64,000 nucleotides of DNA from Actinomycetota bacterium (GTDB lineage Bacteria > Actinomycetota > Actinomycetes > S36-B12 > CAIYMF01), in NCBI GenBank assembly GCA_009697815.1, contig WLRQ01000007.1:158-64157 (forward strand), read 5' to 3'. Both the position numbers and the translations under genes were made by a program. Under the pieces are notes generated by a model that did not search any database, was not told where the DNA came from, and worked only from the letters and a program-made list of their open reading frames with translations. Of the stretch, positions 51,201 to 60,368 are shown piece after piece (the first letter of the stretch is position 1; every line of letters starts with the position of its first letter).

Positions 51201-52984
51201 TGATGCACAACAGATTCCGTGAGCTGCGCGAGAGCGACTCCGGGGCCGCCCTGATCATGGTCATCGGGTGGATGATGGTTCTCGCCCTCCTCGTGAGCGC
51301 CGCCCTCGGTTACGCGATTCAGAGCAACGTCGTCGCACACAAGGGTCAGGACTGGGGGAGCGCCCAGTCCGCGGCCCAGGCTGGCCTTGAGGATTACGTG
51401 GCCCGACTGAACCGAAACGACAACTACGCGAGAGTCTGGGATTGCACAAATCCGGCACTCCAAGGGCCCAACCAAAGCGGAAACACCTGCGGTTGGGGCG
51501 CAAACACCGTCACCGGTTGGATCCCCGTCATCGCCACTCAGCCGACAGGTCCTGCATTTCATTACGACGTCGACGCGAGCATGCTCGACCAGAGCGGCAC
51601 GATCAATGTGATGTCGACTGGACGCGTGGGCAAGGTCACTCGGACGATCCAGGCGGCTATCGGTCGCGGCGGTTCAACCGATTTCCTGTACTACACCGAC
51701 CTCGAGCACGCAGATCCCGCCAACGTCGGTGTCTACCCGTCCGGCACAACCAAGTACTTCTGCGGATCCACCGGCGCACAGAAGGACATCTACTGGTGGA
51801 GCCCGAGCATCAGTGGATCGAACCGCTCGAACTCCGGTTGCACGGAGATCGGCTTCGCAGCTGCCGACGTCCTCGACGGCCGCGTTCACTTCAATGACAC
51901 TCCCAAGCTCAACGCGACGGGGGCTACGTTCCTGAGCGGATTTGAGACGTCAAACCCGGGCTGCAAGACCGCAACCGCGCCGAACTACTCCGGGTGTCTC
52001 CGCAGTGGTAGCCCTATCCCGGTCTATGGAACGTCGGGGAGCCCTGTACCGCCGATCTATACCGACACTCTCTATCTGGACGACACCTCAGCGAAGTTCT
52101 CTGCCTACCCCGGCTGCCACTTCTATGGCTCGACCCGTATCAAGTTCAACAGCGACGCCACCATGACCGTGTGGAGCAAGGACAGCACCGGCAAGTCCAC
52201 CGGCACTGGGTGCGGCACCTTCAGCGCGGCCAATTCATCCCAGACGGTCGCGGTTCCGAACGATCAGGTCATCTACGTCTCGGCCGGCAGTGCGACCCAC
52301 CGCTGTCTTTCCTCTGAGATCGGTGACGGTCTCCCGCTAGGTACCTATACCGGCAGTGCGACCACGACGTATACCTATGACCTGACCATGCTCACCACGG
52401 ATCAGTTCTGCGGGCAGGGCAATCTTTACATCGAGGGCACAGTCAAGGGACGCGTCACCATGGCGGTGGAGAATTCCATCGTCGTCACCGGAGACCTCGT
52501 GCTAGCCAACGGGATCAACGGCACGGACCTCGTCGGACTGGTCGCGGGCAACTCAGTGCAGGTCTTCCACCCCTGGGTCGACACCTGGCAGAAGCCGTCG
52601 ACCACCTGGGGCTGGAAGAACGCCCCGGCCGCAGTGTCAGGCTGGCCGCACCGCTACATCGACCCCTCGACATCGGCCTATACCCCCACGTCCGGAATCC
52701 AGATTGCCGCCTCGATCCAGACCCTCCAGCACAGCTTCTGGGTGCAGCAGTACAGCCAGGGATCAGCCCAGGGCACGCTGCTGGTTCTGGGCTCCATCGC
52801 CCAGCGTTGGCGTGGCATCGTAGGACAGGGGTCGGCCGGCTACGTCAAGCTGTACAAGTACGACGCCCGCCTGAAGTACTCCTCGCCCCCCTATTTCCCT
52901 CAGTGGACCAACGCGAAGTGGGGCCCGCGCCACACCGGCGAGTTGGTGTCCACGTATAACTCCGCCGGGAAGTACGTAGGCTGA
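51197..52984 (+). CDS. Large PilX-like minor pilin lacking Glu5, candidate tip adhesin (ComZ/DUF4900-like)
   Basis: SDSG|AALIMVIG, AQSAAQAGLED, 10 Cys, C-terminal YKYDARL....PPYFP. Confidence 0.75.
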   Translation: MMMHNRFRELRESDSGAALIMVIGWMMVLALLVSAALGYAIQSNVVAHKGQDWGSAQSAAQAGLEDYVARLNRNDNYARVWDCTNPALQGPNQSGNTCGWGANTVTGWIPVIATQPTGPAFHYDVDASMLDQSGTINVMSTGRVGKVTRTIQAAIGRGGSTDFLYYTDLEHADPANVGVYPSGTTKYFCGSTGAQKDIYWWSPSISGSNRSNSGCTEIGFAAADVLDGRVHFNDTPKLNATGATFLSGFETSNPGCKTATAPNYSGCLRSGSPIPVYGTSGSPVPPIYTDTLYLDDTSAKFSAYPGCHFYGSTRIKFNSDATMTVWSKDSTGKSTGTGCGTFSAANSSQTVAVPNDQVIYVSAGSATHRCLSSEIGDGLPLGTYTGSATTTYTYDLTMLTTDQFCGQGNLYIEGTVKGRVTMAVENSIVVTGDLVLANGINGTDLVGLVAGNSVQVFHPWVDTWQKPSTTWGWKNAPAAVSGWPHRYIDPSTSAYTPTSGIQIAASIQTLQHSFWVQQYSQGSAQGTLLVLGSIAQRWRGIVGQGSAGYVKLYKYDARLKYSSPPYFPQWTNAKWGPRHTGELVSTYNSAGKYVG

Positions 52985-52990
52985 CGAACT

Positions 52991-53770
52991 GTGGCCGCAC
53001 TCGTGCTAGTCGTCACCCTGCTCGGACTGTTGATCGGGTCATTCCTCAATGTGGTGATCCATCGCGTCCCCTTGGGTGAGTCGGTCGTCAGCCCGCGCTC
53101 CCGATGCCCCGGCTGCGGGACTGAACTCTCGTGGTACGACAACATCCCCGTGCTGTCCTGGATCGTGCTCCGTGGCCGCTGCCGGACCTGCTCGACGCCT
53201 ATCTCGTGGCGCTACCCCCTCGTCGAGCTCGGCACCGGGCTGCTGTTCGGTGCCGTGACGTGGTGGTCGGGTGCCACGTGGGCTCTGCCGGCCTACCTCT
53301 ACCTCGCGGCCATCGGCGTGGCGTTGTCGGCAATAGACATCGACACCAAGCGCCTCCCGAACGCGATCGTGCTTCCGTCCTACGCGGTCGCCTCTGGCCT
53401 GCTGCTGCTCCCCGCTCTCCTTGAGGGGTATAGGACGTCGTTGCTCTACGCCGCGATCACGGGCATCGCGCTCTTCACGTTCTACTTTCTACTTGCCTTT
53501 ATTTATCCGGCAGGCATGGGATTCGGCGACGTCAAGCTCGCCGGCGTCCTCGGGCTCTACCTCGGCTGGTCCGGGTGGGGCCTGGCCGTAGTGGCCACGT
53601 TCGTGGCCTTTCTGCTCGGCTCGGTCGTCGGAGTTGTCGTGATGGTGCGTTCGGGCGGCGGGCGCAAGACCAAAGTTCCCTTTGGGCCTTTCATGCTCCT
53701 GGGCACATTCGCGGCACTGTTCTTCGGTCAAGGCGTCGTCGACTGGTATTTCGGGAGCCTGGGCATCTGA
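52991..53770 (+). CDS. pilD: Prepilin peptidase / N-methyltransferase (A24A)
   Basis: GSFLNVVIHRVP, CPGC and CRTC zinc motifs, catalytic AIDID and GFGDVKL, VPFGPFM. Confidence 0.95.
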   Translation: MAALVLVVTLLGLLIGSFLNVVIHRVPLGESVVSPRSRCPGCGTELSWYDNIPVLSWIVLRGRCRTCSTPISWRYPLVELGTGLLFGAVTWWSGATWALPAYLYLAAIGVALSAIDIDTKRLPNAIVLPSYAVASGLLLLPALLEGYRTSLLYAAITGIALFTFYFLLAFIYPAGMGFGDVKLAGVLGLYLGWSGWGLAVVATFVAFLLGSVVGVVVMVRSGGGRKTKVPFGPFMLLGTFAALFFGQGVVDWYFGSLGI

Positions 53771-53816
53771 ACCCAGGGGTTTCCGGCAGTTCTCGCGGAA
53801 AGGATCCCAACTTCGA

Positions 53817-53843
53817 CTCAAGCCCGGCCCCATATCCGCCGAA
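53817..53843 (+). promoter_or_regulatory. sigma28/FliA-WhiG-like promoter upstream of pilM
   Basis: CTCAAG-N15-GCCGAA. Confidence 0.7.
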
Positions 53844-53895
53844 AGCGGAGGGGAGGAATCACCACGACCGTGGTGACGGGCGAGAGGTGGGAACC

Positions 53896-54945
53896 GTGGC
53901 TGCTCGAACCGCCATCGGGCTCGATATCGGCACATCGAGCATTCGTGCGGCCCAGTTGACCGTCTCCAAGGGCGCGGTCACTCTGGACCGCTTCGGACAG
54001 GTTGCCATCCCTCCCGGCGTTGTTCGCGACGGCGAGGTCATCGATTCAGATGCCGTGGCCGAGGCCCTCAAGCACCTGTGGTCGAGCGCCAAGTTCTCCC
54101 AGAAGGACGTCGTTCTCGGGATCTCTAACCAGAAGGTGTTCGTCCGCCAGGTCGACATCCCGTGGATGCCCGCTGGTGAACTCAAGAATTCCCTGAAGTT
54201 CCAGGTTGCCGATCTGCTCCCGATGCCGGTCGAAGAGGCCGTGCTCGACTTCGTCGTACTCAACGAGGTCATGAACGAAGGAGCACGTCACCTGCGCGGG
54301 CTGCTCGTGGCCGCGAGCCAGGACATGGTCCTCGGCTCGATCCGGGCTTGCCAGAAGGCTGGGCTCAAGGTCACCACCGCGGATCTCACCCCGTTCGCCG
54401 TCCTACGCGCTGCCGGCACGACTGATCCCATGGGCCTCTCGGGTCCCGAGGCGGTCGTGGATGTCGGTGCCAGGGTCACCAATATCGTGGTCCATGAGGG
54501 TGGCGTTCCTCAGTTCGTGCGGATCCTCCTCCTCGGCGGAGACGATGTCACCGGGGCCATCGTCGAGCGTCTGGGCATCTCAGCAGTCGAGGCCGAGCGC
54601 CTGAAGCGTTCGCCTGGGGCTCTGAGTAGCCCTGCTGCCGCCGATGCCCGTCGAGTGGTTGACGCAGCCCTCGCGGAGTTCGTCGACGAAGTCCGCGGAT
54701 CCGTTGACTACTTCCTGGCCACCAGCGGAAGTCGCCCGCTCACCCGGTTGGTTCTCAGCGGGGGCGGCTCGCTCGCGGACGGACTGGCCCAGCGCCTGGC
54801 CACCGCAGTACGTACCCAGGTCGAGTACGGACGGCCCTTCAGTCGGCTCACGATCGGGAAGACCGGCCTCGCTGCTCAGCAGGTTCAACTGGTCGAACCC
54901 TTGGCAGCGGTGCCGGTGGGTCTGGCCATGGGAGCGATGTCATGA
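53896..54945 (+). CDS. pilM: Type IV pilus assembly protein PilM (actin-like)
   Basis: IGLDIGTSSIR, VVDVGARVTNIVV, LSGGGS, AVPVGLAMG. Confidence 0.93.
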   Translation: MAARTAIGLDIGTSSIRAAQLTVSKGAVTLDRFGQVAIPPGVVRDGEVIDSDAVAEALKHLWSSAKFSQKDVVLGISNQKVFVRQVDIPWMPAGELKNSLKFQVADLLPMPVEEAVLDFVVLNEVMNEGARHLRGLLVAASQDMVLGSIRACQKAGLKVTTADLTPFAVLRAAGTTDPMGLSGPEAVVDVGARVTNIVVHEGGVPQFVRILLLGGDDVTGAIVERLGISAVEAERLKRSPGALSSPAAADARRVVDAALAEFVDEVRGSVDYFLATSGSRPLTRLVLSGGGSLADGLAQRLATAVRTQVEYGRPFSRLTIGKTGLAAQQVQLVEPLAAVPVGLAMGAMS

Positions 54946-55721
54946 TTTCGCTCACGCGCAAGAGGGCCTCGACCGCCGAGGTGCTCCAGGACAAAGACTC
55001 GACACAGTCCACGCCGATCCCGCCGAGTGCCCCCCATGCAGCATTCCCACGGGTGAATCTCATTCCCGATGAGATCGCCCATGAGGCGAGGATCCGGCGC
55101 GCCCAGCTGATGGTTGCTGGCTCGGTGCTCGCCTCACTGATCGTCGTTGCCGGCCTGTACGCCCTAGCCGCCATGTCCGTGGGCTCGGCACAGCAGCAGT
55201 TGGACCAGGTGTCAGCGCAGAGCGTGAGCCTGTCCACCGAGGTAGCGAAGTACGCCGATGTTCCCAAGGTGATCTCCGACTTGGCCTCGGCACGCAATCA
55301 GCAAGCCTCGGCTATGGGCGGCGAAGTGAGGTGGTCGCTACTACTCAACAACCTTGCGCTGTCCATCCCCACCGGGACCGCGATCAACAGCCTCAAGGGC
55401 ACAATCACCGGCTCCCCTCTCGCAACGGCTGAACAGGCTGCGCTGGGAGGTCCGGCGCCTGTCACGAGCGTGCTGGGCAAGACGGGCGTCGGAAGTATCC
55501 AGTTCGAGGGTGAGGCGCTCGACAACGGGCACGTCTCGAACTTCCTCGAGGCCATCTCCCGCAACACCGGACTCACTGATCCGTTCGCCACCCTGGCCGC
55601 GAAGGACCAGAGCTCTCCCGGTGGCGCGGCGATCTCTCAACCCTCGTCGGTCAGGTTCACCGCGACCGTCACGATCGACGGCAAGGCACTGAGTCACCGC
55701 TACGACGTGAAGGGAAGCTGA
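54942..55721 (+). CDS. pilN: Type IV pilus assembly protein PilN
   Basis: PRVNLIP PilM-binding motif, single TM, coiled coil, W..LL..L...IP. Confidence 0.88.
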   Translation: MISLTRKRASTAEVLQDKDSTQSTPIPPSAPHAAFPRVNLIPDEIAHEARIRRAQLMVAGSVLASLIVVAGLYALAAMSVGSAQQQLDQVSAQSVSLSTEVAKYADVPKVISDLASARNQQASAMGGEVRWSLLLNNLALSIPTGTAINSLKGTITGSPLATAEQAALGGPAPVTSVLGKTGVGSIQFEGEALDNGHVSNFLEAISRNTGLTDPFATLAAKDQSSPGGAAISQPSSVRFTATVTIDGKALSHRYDVKGS

Positions 55722-55722
55722 C

Positions 55723-56388
55723 ATGTCCATAGGGGCAACTCAGAAGTGGTACGCGGGCGCAGCAGTAGCGTCCGCCGCCGTCCTTGGAGCCGGCTGGTTC
55801 CTGCTCGTCTCACCACAACAGTCCACAGCGGCTGAGATCACGGCGCAGGCCGAGATCGTGGCCAGCGCGAACCAAACGACGATGATGCAGATCCAGACGC
55901 TGAAGGAACAGTTCAAGGACCTCCCTGTCCTTCAGGGCCAGCTCGATCAGATCGCCGCCCACCTGCCGAGCGCACCGAATGAGCCCGCGCTACTGCGCAC
56001 GCTCTCGAGTGCGGCAACAAAGGCTGGCGTCTCGCTCGTGTCCGTGCAGTTGCAGGCTCCCGCGCCCATGACGGTGCCGGGCGCTGCACCGCCCGCCGCG
56101 GGCACGAATGCTTTCACGGTGCCAGGCCAAATCAGCCAGATCCCTCTCACGATGGAGATCTCTGGCTCGTTCGCGAATACACAGCTGTTCCTGAACTCCC
56201 TGGAAGGCCAGCAGCGGGTTGTACTGGTCACGGGGCTGGACATCACGCGCGACCTGACGACCGGCAAGACGACCGGACTGAGAACCGTTCTCGCCGCCCG
56301 GGTCTTCATGGCCAACCCCGGGACCTATGTCCTGCCCTCTGCGGAACCTGTCACCGCGGGTGCCGACACGTCCAACCAGGCAAGCTGA
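55723..56388 (+). CDS. pilO: Type IV pilus assembly protein PilO
   Basis: N-terminal TM, coiled coil, LPSAPNEPALLRTL, GSFANTQLFLNSLE. Confidence 0.88.
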   Translation: MSIGATQKWYAGAAVASAAVLGAGWFLLVSPQQSTAAEITAQAEIVASANQTTMMQIQTLKEQFKDLPVLQGQLDQIAAHLPSAPNEPALLRTLSSAATKAGVSLVSVQLQAPAPMTVPGAAPPAAGTNAFTVPGQISQIPLTMEISGSFANTQLFLNSLEGQQRVVLVTGLDITRDLTTGKTTGLRTVLAARVFMANPGTYVLPSAEPVTAGADTSNQAS

Positions 56389-56410
56389 GCGACGAGGTCG
56401 AGGAGTCACG

Positions 56411-57052
56411 ATGTCCGAGCCAATCTTCTCCATCCCCGGCCAGGGGGCCGTCCCCGCCATGGGTGCGCCCGAGCCTGACGCGGGAACGAGCCGCAAGTCT
56501 CTGTTCATCATCGGGGGCGTGGGCGCTGCATTGATCCTCGGCGCAGGAGCCTTCTTCATGCTCGGCTCTGGAGCCTCGACCCCGGAGCCGATCGCCGCGG
56601 GCCCGGTACCGGCAGCATCTGTCTCCCCGTCGGAGTCGCCCGCGGCTGCAGAGAAGCTGCCGGCCGCATCCACGGTTCCGGTGGCCCCGGTTGCCCCCGT
56701 CGCCACCGCGGCCGTCACCACGCGCGACCCCTTCAAGCCTCTGTTCTATGTCGGCGGATCTTCGGTTGCATCTGTGGCCGACACAACCACCACTACCCCC
56801 GCCGAAGTCCCCGTCGCCCCGCCCTCGGTAGCGACGGTGAACCCGCTCACGCTCACCGTGAGTTCGATTGATCCGGTCGCCCAGACTGCGGTGGTGGGGG
56901 TCGACGCCAAGCCCTACACCGTCGGTGTCGGAGTGCCCTTTGCCAAGTACTTCACTGTGTACAGCGTTTTCAACGCGAACTGCGTAGGGGTCCTGTTCGG
57001 CGACCAGAGCATTCCCGTGTGCACGACGGTGCCCCAGTCAGTCTCACCCTGA
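56411..57052 (+). CDS. TM-anchored PilP-like protein
   Basis: Syntenic position after pilO, TM helix, Pro/Ala linker, RDPFKP motif, small C-terminal beta domain with 2 Cys. Confidence 0.6.
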   Translation: MSEPIFSIPGQGAVPAMGAPEPDAGTSRKSLFIIGGVGAALILGAGAFFMLGSGASTPEPIAAGPVPAASVSPSESPAAAEKLPAASTVPVAPVAPVATAAVTTRDPFKPLFYVGGSSVASVADTTTTTPAEVPVAPPSVATVNPLTLTVSSIDPVAQTAVVGVDAKPYTVGVGVPFAKYFTVYSVFNANCVGVLFGDQSIPVCTTVPQSVSP

Positions 57053-57071
57053 CCTCTCAACACCACCTCGA

Positions 57072-57107
57072 CGTGAGGGCCGACCCGACCACTCGACGGC
57101 CCTCACG
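57072..57107 (+). terminator. Hairpin closing the pilus locus
   Basis: 11-bp stem CGTGAGGGCCG/CGGCCCTCACG. Confidence 0.6.
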
Positions 57108-57142
57108 CCTCGTTCAGGCCTGAACATGACAGGATCAGCATC

Positions 57143-58321
57143 ATGTTGCGTTGGCTGACCGCGGGTGAATCACACGGGCCCGCCCTCGTGGCGATCCTCG
57201 AGGGTGTCCCGGCCGGCGTGGAGATCACCACCGCGGATATCGATCTCGACCTCGCTCGTCGCCGGCTGGGCGTCGGCCGCGGTGCGCGTATGAAGTTCGA
57301 ACGCGACGTTGTCCGAATCCTCGGGGGAGTCCGCCATGGACTCACCATGGGCGGACCCATCGCGGTCGAAGTGGGCAACAGCGAATGGCCCAAGTGGGAT
57401 GTCGTCATGTCGCCCGATCCCGTCGACGCGGAGGCGCTCGAGAAGATCGCCCGCAACGCGCCTCTGACCCGGCCACGCCCCGGTCACGCAGATCTTGTGG
57501 GCATGCAGAAGTACGGCTTCGACGACGCCCGCCCGGTGCTCGAGCGCGCAAGTGCCCGCGAGACGGCCGCCCGCGTGGCGCTGGGCGCCGTGGCAAAGGC
57601 CTTTCTTCGCCAGACCGTGGGCGCAACAGTCCTCTCGCATGTCGTCGAACTCGGAACCGTCGTGGCTCCGTCCGGTCTCGTGCCGACGATCGATGATCTT
57701 CCCGCGATCGACGCCGATCCCGCGCGATGCCTCGATCGCCCCACCAGTGCCGCGATGGAGGCGGAGGTCGAGTCCGCACGCAAGGACGGCGACACGCTCG
57801 GCGGGGTCATCGAGGTCGTCGTGCACGGGCTCCCGCCGGGACTAGGCAGCCACGTCCACTGGGACCGTCGCCTCGACGCCCGTCTGGCCGGGGCACTCAT
57901 GGGAATCCAGGCAATCAAGGGTGTCGAGGTCGGAGACGGTTTCGGTCTGGCCCGCACCCGAGGCTCACTCGCGCACGACGAGATCCTCCCTGGCCCGCAC
58001 GGGGTGGTTCGCGCCACCGGGCGAAGCGGTGGCACCGAGGGAGGCATGTCGACAGGCGAGGTCCTGCGTGTACGCGCGGCCATGAAGCCGATCTCCACAG
58101 TTCCACGCGCCCTCCGTACCGTTGACGTGGCCACAGGCGAGGCCGCACAAGCGATCAATCAGCGCTCCGATGTCTGCGCGGTTCCCGCTTCGGGAGTCGT
58201 GGCCGAAGCCATGGTCGCGCTTGTTCTTGCCGACGCCGTTCTCGAGAAGTTCGGCGGTGACTCCGTAGCTGAAACCGCGCGCAACGCGGCGGCTTACCTC
58301 GCTGCCCTCGTGGTCTCCTAG
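57143..58321 (+). CDS. aroC: Chorismate synthase
   Basis: [43 protein letters not shown]. Confidence 0.97.
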   Translation: MLRWLTAGESHGPALVAILEGVPAGVEITTADIDLDLARRRLGVGRGARMKFERDVVRILGGVRHGLTMGGPIAVEVGNSEWPKWDVVMSPDPVDAEALEKIARNAPLTRPRPGHADLVGMQKYGFDDARPVLERASARETAARVALGAVAKAFLRQTVGATVLSHVVELGTVVAPSGLVPTIDDLPAIDADPARCLDRPTSAAMEAEVESARKDGDTLGGVIEVVVHGLPPGLGSHVHWDRRLDARLAGALMGIQAIKGVEVGDGFGLARTRGSLAHDEILPGPHGVVRATGRSGGTEGGMSTGEVLRVRAAMKPISTVPRALRTVDVATGEAAQAINQRSDVCAVPASGVVAEAMVALVLADAVLEKFGGDSVAETARNAAAYLAALVVS

Positions 58322-58325
58322 TCCG

Positions 58326-58844
58326 ATGTCACCCTGTGTGGTTCTGGTCGGGGTGCCCGGCTCGGGCAAGACAACAGTCGGCTCCCTGTTGAGCGCTCGG
58401 CTCGGAATGGCCTTCCGCGACACCGACCACGATGTCGAGGCAAGCGAGGGCAAGTCGATCTCGGACATCTTCGTCGACTCAGGCGAATCCCACTTCCGCG
58501 CACTCGAGAAGGCAGCAGTCGCGGCGGCCCTTCGGGATCACGATGGCGTTCTCTCCCTGGGTGGGGGAGCCGTGCTCGACCCCGACACTCGGGCACTCCT
58601 GACCGGCGCTCCCACCGTCTGGCTGCAGGTCGGCGCGTCCTCGGGCGCCCATCGTGTGGGCCTCAACGTCGCCCGCCCCTTACTGCTGGGCAATGTCCGA
58701 GGTCGCCTCTCAGCCCTGTTAGCAGAGCGCGGGCCGCTCTACGCCGAGGTGGCCAGGGTCGTCGTCGACACCGAAGGTCACACCCCCGCTGAGGTAGTTG
58801 ACACCATCGTTGATGAGCTGCGATTGGCGGAAGATCGTGCCTAA
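58326..58844 (+). CDS. aroK: Shikimate kinase
   Basis: GVPGSGKTT, DTD, FRALE, SLGGG, RPLL. Confidence 0.95.
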   Translation: MSPCVVLVGVPGSGKTTVGSLLSARLGMAFRDTDHDVEASEGKSISDIFVDSGESHFRALEKAAVAAALRDHDGVLSLGGGAVLDPDTRALLTGAPTVWLQVGASSGAHRVGLNVARPLLLGNVRGRLSALLAERGPLYAEVARVVVDTEGHTPAEVVDTIVDELRLAEDRA

Positions 58845-59937
58845 CGTCACCCACATCGCGGTCACCGGCGACACCACATACGACGTCGTCGTGGGCCACG
58901 GACTTGACTCCGAACTTGCGTCACTGATCGGCTCCTCCACAAGCAGAGTGGCGCTCATCCATCCAGCCACTCGTCCCGGTGACGCACGTCGGCTCGCCAC
59001 TGTTGTGCGATCCACTGGTGCCGAGCCAGTGCTCATCGCGGTTCCGGACTCCGAAGCAGCCAAGACTGCGGACGTTCTGACGGACTGCTGGACGGCGCTT
59101 GGCCGAGCTGGATTCACGCGCTCCGACGCCGTGATCGGCATCGGCGGAGGTGCCACAACCGACCTCGCTGGATTCGTTGCTGCCAGTTGGCTTCGCGGGA
59201 TCCGCCTGATCCACGTGCCCACAACCTTGCTCGGTATGGTCGATGCCGCGGTTGGAGGCAAGACCGGAATCAATACGTCCGAAGGCAAGAATTTGGTCGG
59301 CGCCTTCTACGCACCCGCCGGCGTACTGTGCGACCTCGACGCCCTCTCGACGTTGCCCAAGGTTGATCTCGTCGCTGGCATGGCTGAGATTGTCAAGGTC
59401 GGCTTCACCACCGACACTGCGATCCTCGACATCGTCGAGGCCGACCCGGTCGCCGCCCTTGACGTCCATAGCGGCCCGCTTCGCGAGTTGGTCGAGCGCG
59501 CGATTCGCGTCAAAGCATCGGTGGTTTCGGAGGATCTACGCGAGGCACGACCCGGCGGTCTTGGACGCGAGGTGCTCAACTACGGGCACACCTTCGCCCA
59601 CGCGATCGAGCTCGTCGAGCGCTACACCTGGCGCCATGGGCACGCGGTGAGTGTCGGGCTCGCCTTCATCGCGTCACTTGGGCGCCTGTCGGGCCGCCTT
59701 TCCGATGCGGATGCTGCACGCCACAGGGCCGTTCTGACAGCTCTCGGCCTGCCGATCACCTACGCTTCGGGACGGTTCCCCGAACTCCTCGACGCCATGA
59801 GGATCGACAAGAAGTCGCGTGGTGATCTACTGCGCTTCGTGATTCTCGACGGTATCGGCCGGCCCGGGCTGCTCGAAGGACCAGACATCGCACTGCTCGA
59901 AGCCGCGTACGCCGAGGTCTCGGAGGTGTCGCCATGA
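58837..59937 (+). CDS. aroB: 3-dehydroquinate synthase
   Basis: [40 protein letters not shown]. Confidence 0.96.
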   Translation: MPNVTHIAVTGDTTYDVVVGHGLDSELASLIGSSTSRVALIHPATRPGDARRLATVVRSTGAEPVLIAVPDSEAAKTADVLTDCWTALGRAGFTRSDAVIGIGGGATTDLAGFVAASWLRGIRLIHVPTTLLGMVDAAVGGKTGINTSEGKNLVGAFYAPAGVLCDLDALSTLPKVDLVAGMAEIVKVGFTTDTAILDIVEADPVAALDVHSGPLRELVERAIRVKASVVSEDLREARPGGLGREVLNYGHTFAHAIELVERYTWRHGHAVSVGLAFIASLGRLSGRLSDADAARHRAVLTALGLPITYASGRFPELLDAMRIDKKSRGDLLRFVILDGIGRPGLLEGPDIALLEAAYAEVSEVSP

Positions 59938-60368
59938 CACGTGTTCTCGTTCTTAACGGCCCGAACCTCTCTCGCCTCGGATCACGCGAGCCCGAGGTCT
60001 ATGGGTACGCCAACCACGATGATCTCGTTGCCCTGTGCATCGCCGAAGGCGCTCTGCTCTCACTCGAGGTCGAGGTACGACAGACTGACGACGAGGCGCA
60101 ACTTGTGCACTGGCTGCATGAGGCGGCCGACGCCTCCACCCCCGTGGTCCTCAACCCAGCGGCTTTCACTCACTACTCGTATGCAGTGCGGGATGCGTGC
60201 GCCCAGCTCCGTGCACCTCTGATCGAAGTACACCTGTCGAACCCGGCCACGCGCGAGGAATTCCGGCACACCTCGGTGGTCGCAGGCGTCGCCACCGGCA
60301 CGATCGCGGGTTTCGGGGTGGACTCCTACCGACTCGCGCTCCGCGCCGTGGCGATCCTCGTCGCCTGA
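59934..60368 (+). CDS. aroQ: Type II 3-dehydroquinate dehydratase
   Basis: [29 protein letters not shown]...RE.FRH.S. Confidence 0.96.
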   Translation: MTRVLVLNGPNLSRLGSREPEVYGYANHDDLVALCIAEGALLSLEVEVRQTDDEAQLVHWLHEAADASTPVVLNPAAFTHYSYAVRDACAQLRAPLIEVHLSNPATREEFRHTSVVAGVATGTIAGFGVDSYRLALRAVAILVA

